64,000 bases of DNA from Candidatus Poribacteria bacterium (GTDB lineage Bacteria > Poribacteria > WGA-4E > PCPOR2b), in the NCBI GenBank assembly GCA_965198175.1, contig OZ240245.1, positions 992,001-1,056,000 on the forward strand, written 5' to 3'. Within the stretch, counting starts at the first letter, position 1. The number at the start of each line of letters is the position of its first letter. Made by a program: the position numbers and the translations under genes. Of this stretch, positions 19,837 to 30,656 are shown piece by piece. The notes beneath the pieces are model-generated. The model did not search any database and was not told the origin of the DNA. It saw only the letters and a list, made by a program, of their open reading frames with translations.

Positions 19837-20040
19837 TTAGGAATCAGAAACTGTCGTTCCGGCTTCCGGAAACCTAATACCTGCTTTGAAAATAGGAAAT
19901 GTGCAAAAAGGAGTTGTAGAACATTCTGTTAGGTATGCTGTGCGCAATCTCGCGAGTTCATCTGTGAGATGGGACGCAAAGCTATCCCACGGAAGAAATC
20001 CCAATATTAGATGGTTCGATAGTCTGGTTGTCTCCATCAA
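19837..20040 (-). CDS. Small hypothetical protein or gene remnant
   Basis: Strong SD (AGGAGGGG) upstream; no recognisable motif. Confidence 0.3.
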   Translation of the reverse strand: MMETTRLSNHLILGFLPWDSFASHLTDELARLRTAYLTECSTTPFCTFPIFKAGIRFPEAGTTVSDS

Positions 20041-20186
20041 ATCATCCCCTCCTGGTGTCGGAGGCAGAGTTTGCCGTGAGTGAACGTTGGAACTTGCGTA
20101 CGTCTGTCCATGGGAATCAAACTTGGTAGCGAATTAAGCACTGCATAATTAGGCTGCAATTGAATGTGAGGACGTGGCATGGGCTG

Positions 20187-21110
20187 TTAAGCTTCAATTC
20201 CTAATTTAGGAGTCTCCAATTCATCTAGAGTTTGATGAAGATCGCGTGGGAGTGGACCTGCCTGGACTGCGGCGACACTTTCTTCCAACTCTTCGGGTGT
20301 CGAAGCACCGACTAGAATTGTTGTGATGCACGGGTCAGCTATCAGGTAGCGGATCGTCAGTTCGATCAAAGACAAACCGCACGCTACCTGTAATTCGTTC
20401 AGTCGGATATCGGAACTCCGACCCTGATCAGCTCCAATGGTTTTAAACACGCCCACGGGAATGTAAGCGGTCCCCTTCTTCCGAGCTAATGGCAGCACAG
20501 TTCGAAGTGCATTTCGGCACAGTAGGGTGTATTCATAAGCCACAAGACATACATCCACCTCGACCTCGCGTAGAACACAAGCTATTTCCTCCGCGTGGTC
20601 CGAGGTGATTCCGAGGAAACGACAGATTCCTTGTGCTTTTGCTTCGAAAAGAACCTCCATCACCGGGGCATCTGCGAAATCATGAGTCTCATCAAGGCTT
20701 AATAGTTGTTCTTCCGGAACGCCGGTCTTCCACCAACAAGCTGACTCAGCGAGATGGATTTGCAGGATGTCCACATGGCTCCGTCGTAACGTCCGTAGAC
20801 TCTCCCAAAGCTGGGAGCGGAGCGCATCCGGCGACCGATAGGCTGCTGGTTCAGCGAGGAAGCCAATCTTCGTCGCCAGTAAATAAGGCTCCGTGCGCCC
20901 TTCGAGAGCATTACCGAGAATCACTTGGGATGCCCCCTGACCATAGACTGGTGCGGTGTCGAAGTAGTTAATCCCAAGCTCAAGCGCCCGATGTACAGTG
21001 GCGATGCCATGCGCCAAAGAGTGCTTGTCAAGGTAGCCCCCGCCCAGTCCGATAACGGTGACCTGTTCACCGGTCTGTCCGTAAGGGCGACGTTCGAGCG
21101 TCCCCGTCAC
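20187..21110 (-). CDS. Aldo/keto reductase
   Basis: GINYFDTAPVYG, LATKIG, SLRTLR..VDILQIH. Confidence 0.9.
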   Translation of the reverse strand: MTGTLERRPYGQTGEQVTVIGLGGGYLDKHSLAHGIATVHRALELGINYFDTAPVYGQGASQVILGNALEGRTEPYLLATKIGFLAEPAAYRSPDALRSQLWESLRTLRRSHVDILQIHLAESACWWKTGVPEEQLLSLDETHDFADAPVMEVLFEAKAQGICRFLGITSDHAEEIACVLREVEVDVCLVAYEYTLLCRNALRTVLPLARKKGTAYIPVGVFKTIGADQGRSSDIRLNELQVACGLSLIELTIRYLIADPCITTILVGASTPEELEESVAAVQAGPLPRDLHQTLDELETPKLGIEA

Positions 21111-21352
21111 TGTTGCAACCTCCCCATGCTATCGCATAACTATGGCGTATCTTCCGAGCAGTCACCTTGATGTGTCGCCATAATCTAGGCTAGGAAGTCT
21201 GTCCTATAGATATTGTCAATACCTATCTCAACGACACATTCAAAACTTATTATATTTGAGCTTGTTTATGCTGTCAACGTTAAAACAGAAGGCATCAACC
21301 AATACCATACATACAGAAATCGTCAAGTCTTCTCTTAGCATCAAGCGGAAAC

Positions 21353-22324
21353 TTACGGCAGCACGATTCGTCGACTTTCGTGCATTGATTGCTCGGCTGA
21401 AAGGCTAACTTTGATTGCTTCAAGCGCAGTTGCCGCGTCCGCATGTGCTGCGACTGTATCGCCGTCCTGGATTTCGCTCAACCATAGCTCCTGGAGTGAA
21501 ATACTCGGTGCATCAAGCGGCTGAACTTCCTCAATTTCCAATCTGCTCGAACAGCGCCAACCGTCTTCATTGAAAATTGTTCCACCTGTCAAGACGTAGT
21601 GTTGGCGCTGCTCTGCCGCTTTTATTTCAATGCCACCAGCCCACGTCCATTGTCCAATACCTCCTGCCTTGAACCCAACATTAACGGTATTCACAAATCG
21701 ATCGTATGTCCCTTGATCCGTTAAACCTTCGTAAACTGCCCCTCCTTCAACCCACGAGACACTACCAAAGAGATCGACTACCGGGTAGATTTGATAAACA
21801 AAGAAGTGCGCCGGCGGCCCCGACACAGACAGATTGAACAAAATCTCGGGGCGGGCTCCACGCCCCGGTGTGAGGCGAAAAAAGGACGTAAAAAGCAGAT
21901 TGCCAAGTCCTTGGCATTTCCGTTTAATCGCTTGGTGCAAATTTGACACAATTTCAGGATGGGAGATGCGCAACACACGTTTATTGGATTTCGCCAACTC
22001 AATCGCTTCCTCCCCTTCCCTAATTGACCGCGCGAGCGGATATTCGGTAAAAACGTGTTTGTCAGCACCCAACGCTCCAATAGCAATTTCGCCATGACTA
22101 TCGTTATGGGTGGTAACTACAACGCCATCCAGATTCTCACGCTCAACAAGATCTTGCCAAGCCGGTACAAACTCCGCGTCGTATATCTTCGCTAATTGTG
22201 CACCTGTCTGAACATTCCTCGATGCAATGGCAACGACCTCAGCGGCATCAAGCCCGGCAAATTGTTCTGCGTGGCTTCCCGCCATGCCGCCGGATCCAAC
22301 GATACCAATTCTGATTTTGGACAT
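21353..22324 (-). CDS. Gfo/Idh/MocA family oxidoreductase
   Basis: IGIVGSGGMA and HVFTEYPLA. Confidence 0.85.
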   Translation of the reverse strand: MSKIRIGIVGSGGMAGSHAEQFAGLDAAEVVAIASRNVQTGAQLAKIYDAEFVPAWQDLVERENLDGVVVTTHNDSHGEIAIGALGADKHVFTEYPLARSIREGEEAIELAKSNKRVLRISHPEIVSNLHQAIKRKCQGLGNLLFTSFFRLTPGRGARPEILFNLSVSGPPAHFFVYQIYPVVDLFGSVSWVEGGAVYEGLTDQGTYDRFVNTVNVGFKAGGIGQWTWAGGIEIKAAEQRQHYVLTGGTIFNEDGWRCSSRLEIEEVQPLDAPSISLQELWLSEIQDGDTVAAHADAATALEAIKVSLSAEQSMHESRRIVLP

Positions 22325-22390
22325 GTCTCACCCTGATTATGGCAAATGAATTTGTTTAATTTTGGCGGAGACTTTCACTCTAACAACTGA

Positions 22391-23218
22391 TTAGTCGCTT
22401 TTTGCTGTCCTCATTAACCTCTCAATCTGTTCAGCAAACTTGACTGCACTATTATCTTCAGGTTCATAACCGATAATTTTACGAGCGTTCACGATGCTCC
22501 AGAATCCGTGCGAATTACCGCTAGTCCCGTAGAAGATTTGAAACGGGATTCCATTGTCATCTTCGATGTTTTCGGTTTCAATGCTTTTAATGAAGAGTTG
22601 TGCTTGATCCCGTGCGCTCAAGTAGGCGCCAAGCCCCCGGTGGATACGCTTTAACTGATTTGGTTCAACTTCATCAAGAATCGTTTCTCGAGGGGCACCG
22701 ATTCGAAGCTGTACATTCTGCAGCTTTTTGCCATTGACATGCCCCGTCGCAAACACAAAACCAAGATGCTCATACGCCTCTTTTGCCCAACCGTAGAAGT
22801 TGTCAGACAGTGGGCGCATATCCGGCGTCACAACGTCCCATTCATCCGCCCAGATTAACCGTTCATAGTAATCTGCAGCGTGATTTGAACTACAAACAAC
22901 CACTCGCCGAATGTCCTCCTCAAGGCAGGTCTGATAAACATTGTACGCCATCTGAACGTTTGCAGACTCGTCCTCAAAGCCTCCGCGTTTGAAGGCGCAA
23001 TGTACAGCGACATCAACATCTTTGAAATAGTGGCGGTATGTGTCGCGATTGGGGTCAGTTAGATCTGCAATCTGAACACCATCGACTGTCTTATTGTCCC
23101 GATTGGTCGTTTTGACATCGAGCAACACAAGATTGTACCGTTCACGGAAGGTGGGTAACATTCTTCCTGCGATATATCCCGATGCACCAGTTACGAGAAC
23201 TTTTCTTTTGTCGGTCAT
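22391..23218 (-). CDS. NAD-dependent epimerase/dehydratase (uronate dehydrogenase-like)
   Basis: VTGASGYIA, SSNHA and YGWAK. Confidence 0.85.
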   Translation of the reverse strand: MTDKRKVLVTGASGYIAGRMLPTFRERYNLVLLDVKTTNRDNKTVDGVQIADLTDPNRDTYRHYFKDVDVAVHCAFKRGGFEDESANVQMAYNVYQTCLEEDIRRVVVCSSNHAADYYERLIWADEWDVVTPDMRPLSDNFYGWAKEAYEHLGFVFATGHVNGKKLQNVQLRIGAPRETILDEVEPNQLKRIHRGLGAYLSARDQAQLFIKSIETENIEDDNGIPFQIFYGTSGNSHGFWSIVNARKIIGYEPEDNSAVKFAEQIERLMRTAKSD

Positions 23219-23279
23219 ACCCGCATACCTTACTTAATGTGTTAAGTTTGAGATTAATGCGTCAATCTGCCGCTATTTG

Positions 23280-24533
23280 TCACTCTTTAACGGTAGTTCT
23301 CCCTGTTACATCTAAACAGACCAGTTCCTCGTGGTTTCGCACGTAAAGTCTACCACCGGCGAGCGTTGGCGCGGTCCAACATTTGCCTTCTAAGAGTTGA
23401 ACTTCCCCTTTTTCTTTATATTGCAACGGTGTTGCTTCGACCAACGCGAGTCTGCCCTCATCGCCGAGGACTATTAGATTTCCGTCAGCAAAAATCAGAC
23501 TGCCCTTGCCGAAGCCGCGCGCCACCCATTGTTCCGCGCCAGTATTGGCTTCAATACATTTCAAGATGGCGTTGTCAAAACCATATAGATAGTTGCCGTG
23601 AAGCACTGATGCATTGAAGTGATTCTTCATCACGCGGCTCTTCCACACCTCATCAACCGTGACCGCACCACCGTCGGATTTCATTTTGACAAGGACAGCG
23701 CCTTTGTCGTAAGAAGCGGAGACGAAAATTTGACTTTCAGGAATGAAGAGCGGTGTAGCTATATTTATACCTTCGGGCCAGAGATATTTCCAGTAGATTT
23801 TTCCATCTGTTGGCGATACAGAAACAGGACCTTGTGATGTGAAAATTATGATTTGCCGAATTCCATTGAATGTAATGGCAATTGGCGATGAGTACCCAGG
23901 TTCGTCGGTAGGGGATGTCCAAACCAAATCACCACTCTTTTTGTCGAAAGCTACGACAGATTTTCCATCCTTGCCCCCGACTTCAACCACAAGTAGATTG
24001 GCTTCAACAAGCGGTGATGTGGCGAACCCCCACCCCGGGATTTTGCTTCCAAACTCGTCAACCAAATCATGTTCCCATAATCTTTCGCCATTTCTAGCAT
24101 CTAAAGCGTGGAGTTTCCCTTTCGACCCCAGCGCAAAAACCGCATCCTCATTCACCGTTGGCGTTGAACGCGGGCCATCGCCATGCTCGTTAGTGAATTT
24201 GGAATCAGTGCGAAAACGCCACAACTCTTCTCCATTGGACGCATTCAGACAGACCACAAACTCATCTTCCTCTGGGGCGAACATGGTGTAGAGACGTCCG
24301 CCCGAAATGGAGATTCCCGAATAGCCGTGTCCAAAAGGGATTCGCCATAAGACTTTGGGCCCATCTTGCTGCCAACTATTGAGAAGCCCGGTTTCTTGGG
24401 AAACCCCGTCCCGATTGGGTCCCCGCCACTGAGACCATTCGATTCTTGAGCCGTTTCCCAATGCCGTGGTCAGCATGCTGTTACTGAAATGCCACATTAA
24501 AATCAGCAACGCCGCTGCGAAAAGTGTACTCAC
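23280..24533 (-). CDS. PQQ-binding-like beta-propeller protein
   Basis: WSQWRGPNRDG, GPRSTP, GYSSP and CWTAPTLAGG. Confidence 0.82.
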   Translation of the reverse strand: MSTLFAAALLILMWHFSNSMLTTALGNGSRIEWSQWRGPNRDGVSQETGLLNSWQQDGPKVLWRIPFGHGYSGISISGGRLYTMFAPEEDEFVVCLNASNGEELWRFRTDSKFTNEHGDGPRSTPTVNEDAVFALGSKGKLHALDARNGERLWEHDLVDEFGSKIPGWGFATSPLVEANLLVVEVGGKDGKSVVAFDKKSGDLVWTSPTDEPGYSSPIAITFNGIRQIIIFTSQGPVSVSPTDGKIYWKYLWPEGINIATPLFIPESQIFVSASYDKGAVLVKMKSDGGAVTVDEVWKSRVMKNHFNASVLHGNYLYGFDNAILKCIEANTGAEQWVARGFGKGSLIFADGNLIVLGDEGRLALVEATPLQYKEKGEVQLLEGKCWTAPTLAGGRLYVRNHEELVCLDVTGRTTVKE

Positions 24534-24851
24534 TTGGTTAAGTCGCCTTTTGTTTTTAATTGGTTAACCCTCCTTCTCTGAATTGACAATTGCCGAGTTA
24601 AGCGTACCGAGAAACGATGTTAATTGAGGCAATGAGGTGAATAAATCCCAACATCCCATAATTGCATCTGGAAATCCAAATACTGTACATCGTCAGGGTA
24701 GTATACACAAAAAAGCCACGATTTTCCATAGACTTTTTTTTACCCATCGTTTGTGTGCTCGTGGACGTATCATAATCACGCTTGTACGGCTACTGTACAG
24801 GTAGTTGTGGGAAACACTATTATTCAGTTTTGCGAACGAACGCTTTCACAT

Positions 24852-24881
24852 TTGACGGTATCAAGCAAGAAACATTATAAT
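24852..24881 (+). promoter_or_regulatory. Sigma70-type promoter upstream of the ECF-WD40 gene
   Basis: TTGACG-N18-TATAAT. Confidence 0.6.
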
Positions 24882-25030
24882 TTGGTAGTTCTTTCTGATA
24901 CCGAGTTTGTATTCAACATACCCCATTACTTCCAATACATTAACAATGAATTTTTTTTTTGCTTCACAGGTGAGATTTGAGCGATGGCATTCGTCTAACA
25001 TCCACACAGCAATGGTAAAGGGAGAAAGCC

Positions 25031-27811
25031 ATGCGAACGGAAGATGGTTATATCATTCAGAAATGCCTTGATGGAGATGTCGCTGCGTTTGGCTTGCTCG
25101 TTGACAAGTACAAAGGCAGCGTCTACGCGTTGGCTTATACGAAACTCGGTAACTTCCACGATGCCCAGGACATAACTCAGGAGGTCTTTCTCAAGGCATA
25201 TCAGAAACTTCGCACGTTGCAACAGTGGGACAAGTTTCTGTCATGGTTATACGCGATCACTTCCAATTTGTGCAAAGATTTTTTGCGTTCTAAGGCGAGT
25301 CGTCCTGACGGAGAGTACGTTGCCGACCAAGAAAAAGAGCGCTTGGACAGGATTTCAATGTGCTCTTATCAAGATGACCAAATCCATTTAACGCTCCAAG
25401 AAGCCCTGTCTGGGTTGCCCGAGATACATCGGCAAGTCTTAACCCTCCACTATTTGGGAGGGATGAGTTGCCGAGAGATTGCGCAATTTCTTGGAGCCTC
25501 TCCCCATGCGATTGCCATGCGACTCAACCGCGCACGCGCTAAATTGAGGAAGGAGATGTTGGCGATGATGAACACTAGTTTTGAACAACAAAAGCTTCAT
25601 CCAGCTTTTACTCTTAACATCGTTGAAGTCATTCAGCGAACCCGAATCCAATCGAATCCGCAGACACCTGCCGTTCCCATAGGTATTGCCGCAGCTACCT
25701 TACTGACGCTATCAATGTTGTGTCTCATCGTGCCCTTCGATCGAGTTCCGGCGGTCGGTAAGTTGGTCGGCGCACCGATCTCAAGCGAAACCAAAATCAC
25801 GGAGGTCGGCGAGATGCCAGTGGATGTGGTCATGCTTTCGGAGACATCAATTGTTTCAAGTGGTGATGGCAAAAAGGATTTGATGAAAAATTCTCAACCG
25901 ACCAACGAGGTGCGGGCGGCAAACGCTCACACCGAAGTGAAAACCGACAGTCGAAATGAACCGATGGCTCGTCTCGGCAACGGCACAGTTCATAAAATAG
26001 CCTATTCCCCAGATGGCAAGCTGATTGCTGTCATGGGGGCTATTGGTATTTGGCTCTATGACGCCGAAACACTTACGGAAGTTGGAATGATATCGGGAGG
26101 TACGGCTGCTATCGCTTTCAGCCTAGACGGGCAGACATTGGCATCTGGGTCTCGGTCGGATCGAACGGTTCACCTATGGGACGTGCAAACTCAAAAGCGA
26201 GTTGGAAGTTTGCAATTCCCGGGTCGGAGAGGAGTAACAGCCCTTTCCTACTCACCTGATGGGAAAACATTGGCGGTCGGTTACGGAAATGGAGATATTG
26301 TTATGTGGGATCCAAAAACACATGAGAAAACTGCGCTCCTAGACACTAATTCAAGTGTTCTGTCGACTTTAGCTTTCAGTCCTAACGGAAAGCTGCTGGC
26401 TTCAGGAGGGTCTGAAGACCCAACAATTAGCCTCTGGGACGTGCAAACTCAGACGCTAATGGGCTCATTTGATGGACATACGCGTCACGATGGAGCGATA
26501 CCGGATTCTGAAGTCTCAGCGGTTGTTTTCAGTCCGGACGGAAAAACCTTGGCTTCGGGGAGCAGCATTGACGACACTGTACGCCTTTGGGATGTAGCGA
26601 ATCGGGCACAGATTGCCCTGTTAACGGAGCTAGAGACTGATGAATTGGAAAGCATAAACTCCGTTACCTTTAGCCCAAATGGCGCAATCTTGGCCTCCGC
26701 TAGCGATGACACCACTATCCGGCTGTGGGATGCCCATACTCAAAGACGGCTCGGTGTTATAGAGACAGATGCCGGTGGCGTGACTTCTATAGCTTTTCAT
26801 CCGGCGGATGGGAAAACCTTGGCGTCTTTGAACGGTCAGTTTGAGAGAGGTTTACGCAAGGGTGGAGATATGGCCCTTCGCCTTTGGAATGTGAAAACCC
26901 GTAAGCAAATCGCCGTGGCGCGGAATCACACCGCTGCGATTGAATCGGTGGCATTCAGTCCCGATGGAGCACTTCTAGCGTCGGCGCATCACGATGGTGT
27001 CGTTAGACTCTGGGATAGGCAGATTCAAAAGCAGATCGCAACACTAACAGGCCACAAAGCAGCGGTTAGATCTGTTACATTCAGTCCCGATGGGACACTC
27101 CTGGCCTCAGGTGGGAAAGACAGGGCACGGCTATGGAATGTTCGTAAGAGAAAGCAGATTGCAGCCTTTAAGCACAAAGAGATTGTGGAGTCGGTTGCGT
27201 TTAGCCCTGATGGGAAGACCTTGGCTTCGGTTGATGAAAGCTGTATTCGGCTTTGGGACACGCGTCGGAAGAGAGAGGTCGGCGCGTTAGGGAAGGAACC
27301 ACCACGCGAAGGGCCGATTCGATTTCGCAGCACCATACGGTCGGTGGTTTTCAGTCCGGACGGAACGTTGTTGGCATCAGGTGGAATTGACAATACGCTT
27401 CGCTTGTGGAACGTGCAGAAACGAAAGGAGATTTTCATGCACGAACGGGCTAAGTCGGGTGATATATTGGCTGTTACGTTTAGCCCTGATGGAAAAACCT
27501 TGGCTTCGGCGGGGACTCACAAGGAAATTAATTTGTGGCATGTAGCGGAACAGGAGTTAATCGCAACATTAAATACGCAGGCAATAATTTGGACACTCGC
27601 TTTCAGTCCTAAAGGGCGTTTTCTCGCTGCCGATGTCGGAGCGAAGATTCGTGTATGGGATATGAAAACCCTGGCAGAGGTGACCACCCTTGAAGGAGGT
27701 GTATGGCCGGTCTATTCAATCGTCTTCAGCTCTGACGGTAAAAAGGTCGTTGCGGGCAGCTTGGACGGCACCATCCGATTTTGGGATACCGCCGGGTTTC
27801 GGGACGATTGA
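25031..27811 (+). CDS. ECF sigma factor fused through a hydrophobic helix to WD40 repeats
   Basis: Sigma region 2 (DAQDITQEVFLKAY, SWLYAI) and region 4 HTH, a TM-like segment, then about 14 AFSPDG..LAS..RLWD repeats. Confidence 0.9.
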   Translation: MRTEDGYIIQKCLDGDVAAFGLLVDKYKGSVYALAYTKLGNFHDAQDITQEVFLKAYQKLRTLQQWDKFLSWLYAITSNLCKDFLRSKASRPDGEYVADQEKERLDRISMCSYQDDQIHLTLQEALSGLPEIHRQVLTLHYLGGMSCREIAQFLGASPHAIAMRLNRARAKLRKEMLAMMNTSFEQQKLHPAFTLNIVEVIQRTRIQSNPQTPAVPIGIAAATLLTLSMLCLIVPFDRVPAVGKLVGAPISSETKITEVGEMPVDVVMLSETSIVSSGDGKKDLMKNSQPTNEVRAANAHTEVKTDSRNEPMARLGNGTVHKIAYSPDGKLIAVMGAIGIWLYDAETLTEVGMISGGTAAIAFSLDGQTLASGSRSDRTVHLWDVQTQKRVGSLQFPGRRGVTALSYSPDGKTLAVGYGNGDIVMWDPKTHEKTALLDTNSSVLSTLAFSPNGKLLASGGSEDPTISLWDVQTQTLMGSFDGHTRHDGAIPDSEVSAVVFSPDGKTLASGSSIDDTVRLWDVANRAQIALLTELETDELESINSVTFSPNGAILASASDDTTIRLWDAHTQRRLGVIETDAGGVTSIAFHPADGKTLASLNGQFERGLRKGGDMALRLWNVKTRKQIAVARNHTAAIESVAFSPDGALLASAHHDGVVRLWDRQIQKQIATLTGHKAAVRSVTFSPDGTLLASGGKDRARLWNVRKRKQIAAFKHKEIVESVAFSPDGKTLASVDESCIRLWDTRRKREVGALGKEPPREGPIRFRSTIRSVVFSPDGTLLASGGIDNTLRLWNVQKRKEIFMHERAKSGDILAVTFSPDGKTLASAGTHKEINLWHVAEQELIATLNTQAIIWTLAFSPKGRFLAADVGAKIRVWDMKTLAEVTTLEGGVWPVYSIVFSSDGKKVVAGSLDGTIRFWDTAGFRDD

Positions 27812-27828
27812 TCCCTTTCCTGAAGAAG

Positions 27829-27875
27829 AATACGCCTCCTAATGCCACGGATTATTCGGCATTAGGAGGCGTATT
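27829..27875. terminator. Terminator hairpin between convergent genes
   Basis: Perfect 18-bp inverted repeat AATACGCCTCCTAATGCC/GGCATTAGGAGGCGTATT. Confidence 0.75.
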
Positions 27876-28162
27876 TATTGCGACAAATTTGTATTACAAA
27901 ATAATCGGTGAGATTGCGCCTCTCTCAATCCCGCAACCGTAAATGCCATTAGCCCCAAGTTTTATTGCCTGTCCCTTGACTCTTTCTTTTCCTAAGTTGA
28001 GGATTTTAAGCGACTCAAAACCCATTTTTCCAGTCCTGCGGTATTCTCAAAAAACCAACGCCGCAGATGAATTCGATTGTACAAAATCATAGCGACTCTA
28101 GTTGCCACTCATCGTCAGAAGAACCGAGTGCTTGTCTTAAGGGTTCTTAACGGAGTGGGAGC

Positions 28163-29356
28163 CTACTCGAAGACTTCAAGCTGGCCGTTCTCAACGATGA
28201 GTACAATCGGGTCGTATCCCGCGTCACCGACGGCGTTAAAAGAGAATTTACCCAGAACGGTGTCGAAATCTGTGATGTTCGCCAGTGCGTCCCGAATCGC
28301 GGTTGAATCGGTGGATTGGGCATCGGCAATCGCCTTGGCGAGAATATAGACAGCGGCATACGACTGCGCTGCCCAGGTGTTTGGGTCGACACCATATCTC
28401 GCCCGATAATTCTGGACGAAGGCTTGATTTCCGGGTGTCGAAGCGGTGCTAATCCAATTTGCAAAAGTAATCGCCCCCTCGGCAGCATCGCCCGAGGGTT
28501 GGATCTGATCCGAGGTCAGGGTAACGGTAATAAGGAAGGGAACATCGGCGGGAATATCAAGTTGGCGACTTTGAATCAGAACCTCTGGAGTCTCTGTAGG
28601 CGAAGCGGAGACAAAGATGGCATCCGGATTTGCCTCCTTTATCCGAGTTAATTGCGCGGAAAAGTCAGTATCGCCGGTTTGGAAGGTCTCTGTGGTCAGA
28701 ACTTCGACACCACTATCAGTGAGGGCTCCCTTCAACACCGCGTTACTATCGGTGGAGAAGAGATCGATTTCATCATATATGGTTGCCACTCTTTGGTAGC
28801 CGAGTTTCTCCCGAGTTATCCGGACGCCACTTGGAATCAGTACATCTGTAGTGAGACTGGTGCGAAAGATAAAATCGCCAATCGCGCTCAGACCGCGGGC
28901 GGCGGATGTCGGACTTATCGCCACAACCCCATTCTGTTGTGCGATTGGAAACGCCGCTTGAGCCTGAGTTGAGGTGGCGGGCCCGAGGATAGCAGACACA
29001 CTCTCCTGATCAATCAATTTATTGAAGCCTTCAACAGAGCCCTCAACGGTGCTCTGACCATCCTTGACGATGAGTTTGATTTTTACGTCGCTGAGTTGTG
29101 AGTTGTTAATCTCTGTGACAGCGAGTTCAAAGCCGTACCCCACCGGGGGAGCAGCCAAGCCGAGTCGTCCGGTGAGAGGGTAAACAGCACCGATGGCAAT
29201 CTCCCCTCTGAGACCTTCCATCTGAGGCGTCGCGGGAAGGAGAAGTTGCTGGATCTGGTCACAAGCGGAAAGCCCTGCAATCAGCGCGGCAACCGCCAAT
29301 ACAAACGCAAATCTGGTGAATCCTCTGAATTTATAGTTGCGCTTCCTTGTTTTCAT
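28163..29356 (-). CDS. ABC-type substrate-binding lipoprotein, LivJ/LivK-like (array copy A)
   Basis: Lipobox LSAC, GAVYPLTG, GDFIFRT, DFSAQLTRIK, AAQSYAA. Confidence 0.9.
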   Translation of the reverse strand: MKTRKRNYKFRGFTRFAFVLAVAALIAGLSACDQIQQLLLPATPQMEGLRGEIAIGAVYPLTGRLGLAAPPVGYGFELAVTEINNSQLSDVKIKLIVKDGQSTVEGSVEGFNKLIDQESVSAILGPATSTQAQAAFPIAQQNGVVAISPTSAARGLSAIGDFIFRTSLTTDVLIPSGVRITREKLGYQRVATIYDEIDLFSTDSNAVLKGALTDSGVEVLTTETFQTGDTDFSAQLTRIKEANPDAIFVSASPTETPEVLIQSRQLDIPADVPFLITVTLTSDQIQPSGDAAEGAITFANWISTASTPGNQAFVQNYRARYGVDPNTWAAQSYAAVYILAKAIADAQSTDSTAIRDALANITDFDTVLGKFSFNAVGDAGYDPIVLIVENGQLEVFE

Positions 29357-29428
29357 AGAAATCTTCCAATGGAGCGCCGTGTGTGTCGGTCAAAGACCGA
29401 GTTGCATGCCCTTCTGGCGTTTAGAGGA

Positions 29429-30589
29429 TTACTCGAAAATCTGAAATTCGCCGTTTTCGACAATCAAAACAACTGGGTCGTAAACCGCATCACCGACGGC
29501 ATTAAAGGAGAACGCCCCCAAAACGGTGTCGAAATTTTTGGTATTTGCCAGCACGTCTCGAATTGCGGCTGGATCGGTAGATTGGGCTTCCGCAATTGCC
29601 GCTGCGACAATATAAACAGCGGCATACGACTGCGCGGTCCAAGGATTCGGTTCGGAGTCATATGTGGCTCGATATTTCTGGACGAAGGCACCATTCCCCG
29701 GTGTATCACCGGTGCTAATCCAACCTGCAAAAGAGATTGCCCCCTCGGCAGCATCACCTGCGTTTTCCACGTCGCTTATCAGGCTAGTAATGTAGTGAAC
29801 CTCAGTGGAAATCCCAAGCTGGCGGCCTTGAATCTGAATCCCAGTCAACTCCGGGGGTAGTGCTGCGATAAAAATAGCGTCAGGATTTGTCTCCTTTATT
29901 CGATCCAATTGTTCGGAAAAATCGGTATCGCTACTTTGGAAGGTCTCTGTAATCAGAATCTCGACGCCGCTCTCAATAAGCGTGTCTCTGAACTTTTCAT
30001 GGCTATCTATGGAGTAGGGATCGATCTCATCATATATGGTCGCTACCTGTTGATAGCCGAGTTTCGCGTGCGTTGCCCTGACACCACTGGGGAGCAGGAT
30101 ATCTGTGGTGAGCCCGGCACGAAAGATAAAATCGCCAAGCGCGCTCAGACCAGAGGCATTTGAGGATGAGCTAAAAGCCACAACACCATTTTGTTGCGCG
30201 ATTGGAAACGCCGCCTCGGCTTGCCCTGAAGTTGTGGGACCGAAAATAACAGGCACGCCCGCTTGAATCAGTTTATTATACGCTGCAACGGCACCCTCAA
30301 CGGTGCTTTGGTCGTCTTCGACGATGAACTTGAGTCTTACATCGCCGAGTTGTGAGTTGTTTACGTCTTCAAGAGCTAGTTCAAAGCCACGTTGTATCGG
30401 TAGGGCAAACGTGTCAAGCCGTCCGGTAACGGGGTAGACAAGACCAATGGGAATCTCACCACTGAGCCCTTCCATCTGAGGTGTTGCGGGAAGGAGAAGT
30501 TGCTGGATTTGGTCACAGGCGGAAAACCCTACAATCAGCGCGACAATCGTAAAGACAAACGCGAATTTGGCAACTCTACTTATATTCAA
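29429..30589 (-). CDS. ABC-type substrate-binding lipoprotein (copy B, TTG start)
   Basis: Same motifs. GGAGG-N6-TTG start aligns with the paralog starts. Confidence 0.9.
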   Translation of the reverse strand: MNISRVAKFAFVFTIVALIVGFSACDQIQQLLLPATPQMEGLSGEIPIGLVYPVTGRLDTFALPIQRGFELALEDVNNSQLGDVRLKFIVEDDQSTVEGAVAAYNKLIQAGVPVIFGPTTSGQAEAAFPIAQQNGVVAFSSSSNASGLSALGDFIFRAGLTTDILLPSGVRATHAKLGYQQVATIYDEIDPYSIDSHEKFRDTLIESGVEILITETFQSSDTDFSEQLDRIKETNPDAIFIAALPPELTGIQIQGRQLGISTEVHYITSLISDVENAGDAAEGAISFAGWISTGDTPGNGAFVQKYRATYDSEPNPWTAQSYAAVYIVAAAIAEAQSTDPAAIRDVLANTKNFDTVLGAFSFNAVGDAVYDPVVLIVENGEFQIFE

Positions 30590-30656
30590 CGTGAACCTCC
30601 TTATTTTTTTATTATCCAAATTATACTCTATCTTCTTCCCCTGTTTCTGTTGAGGG

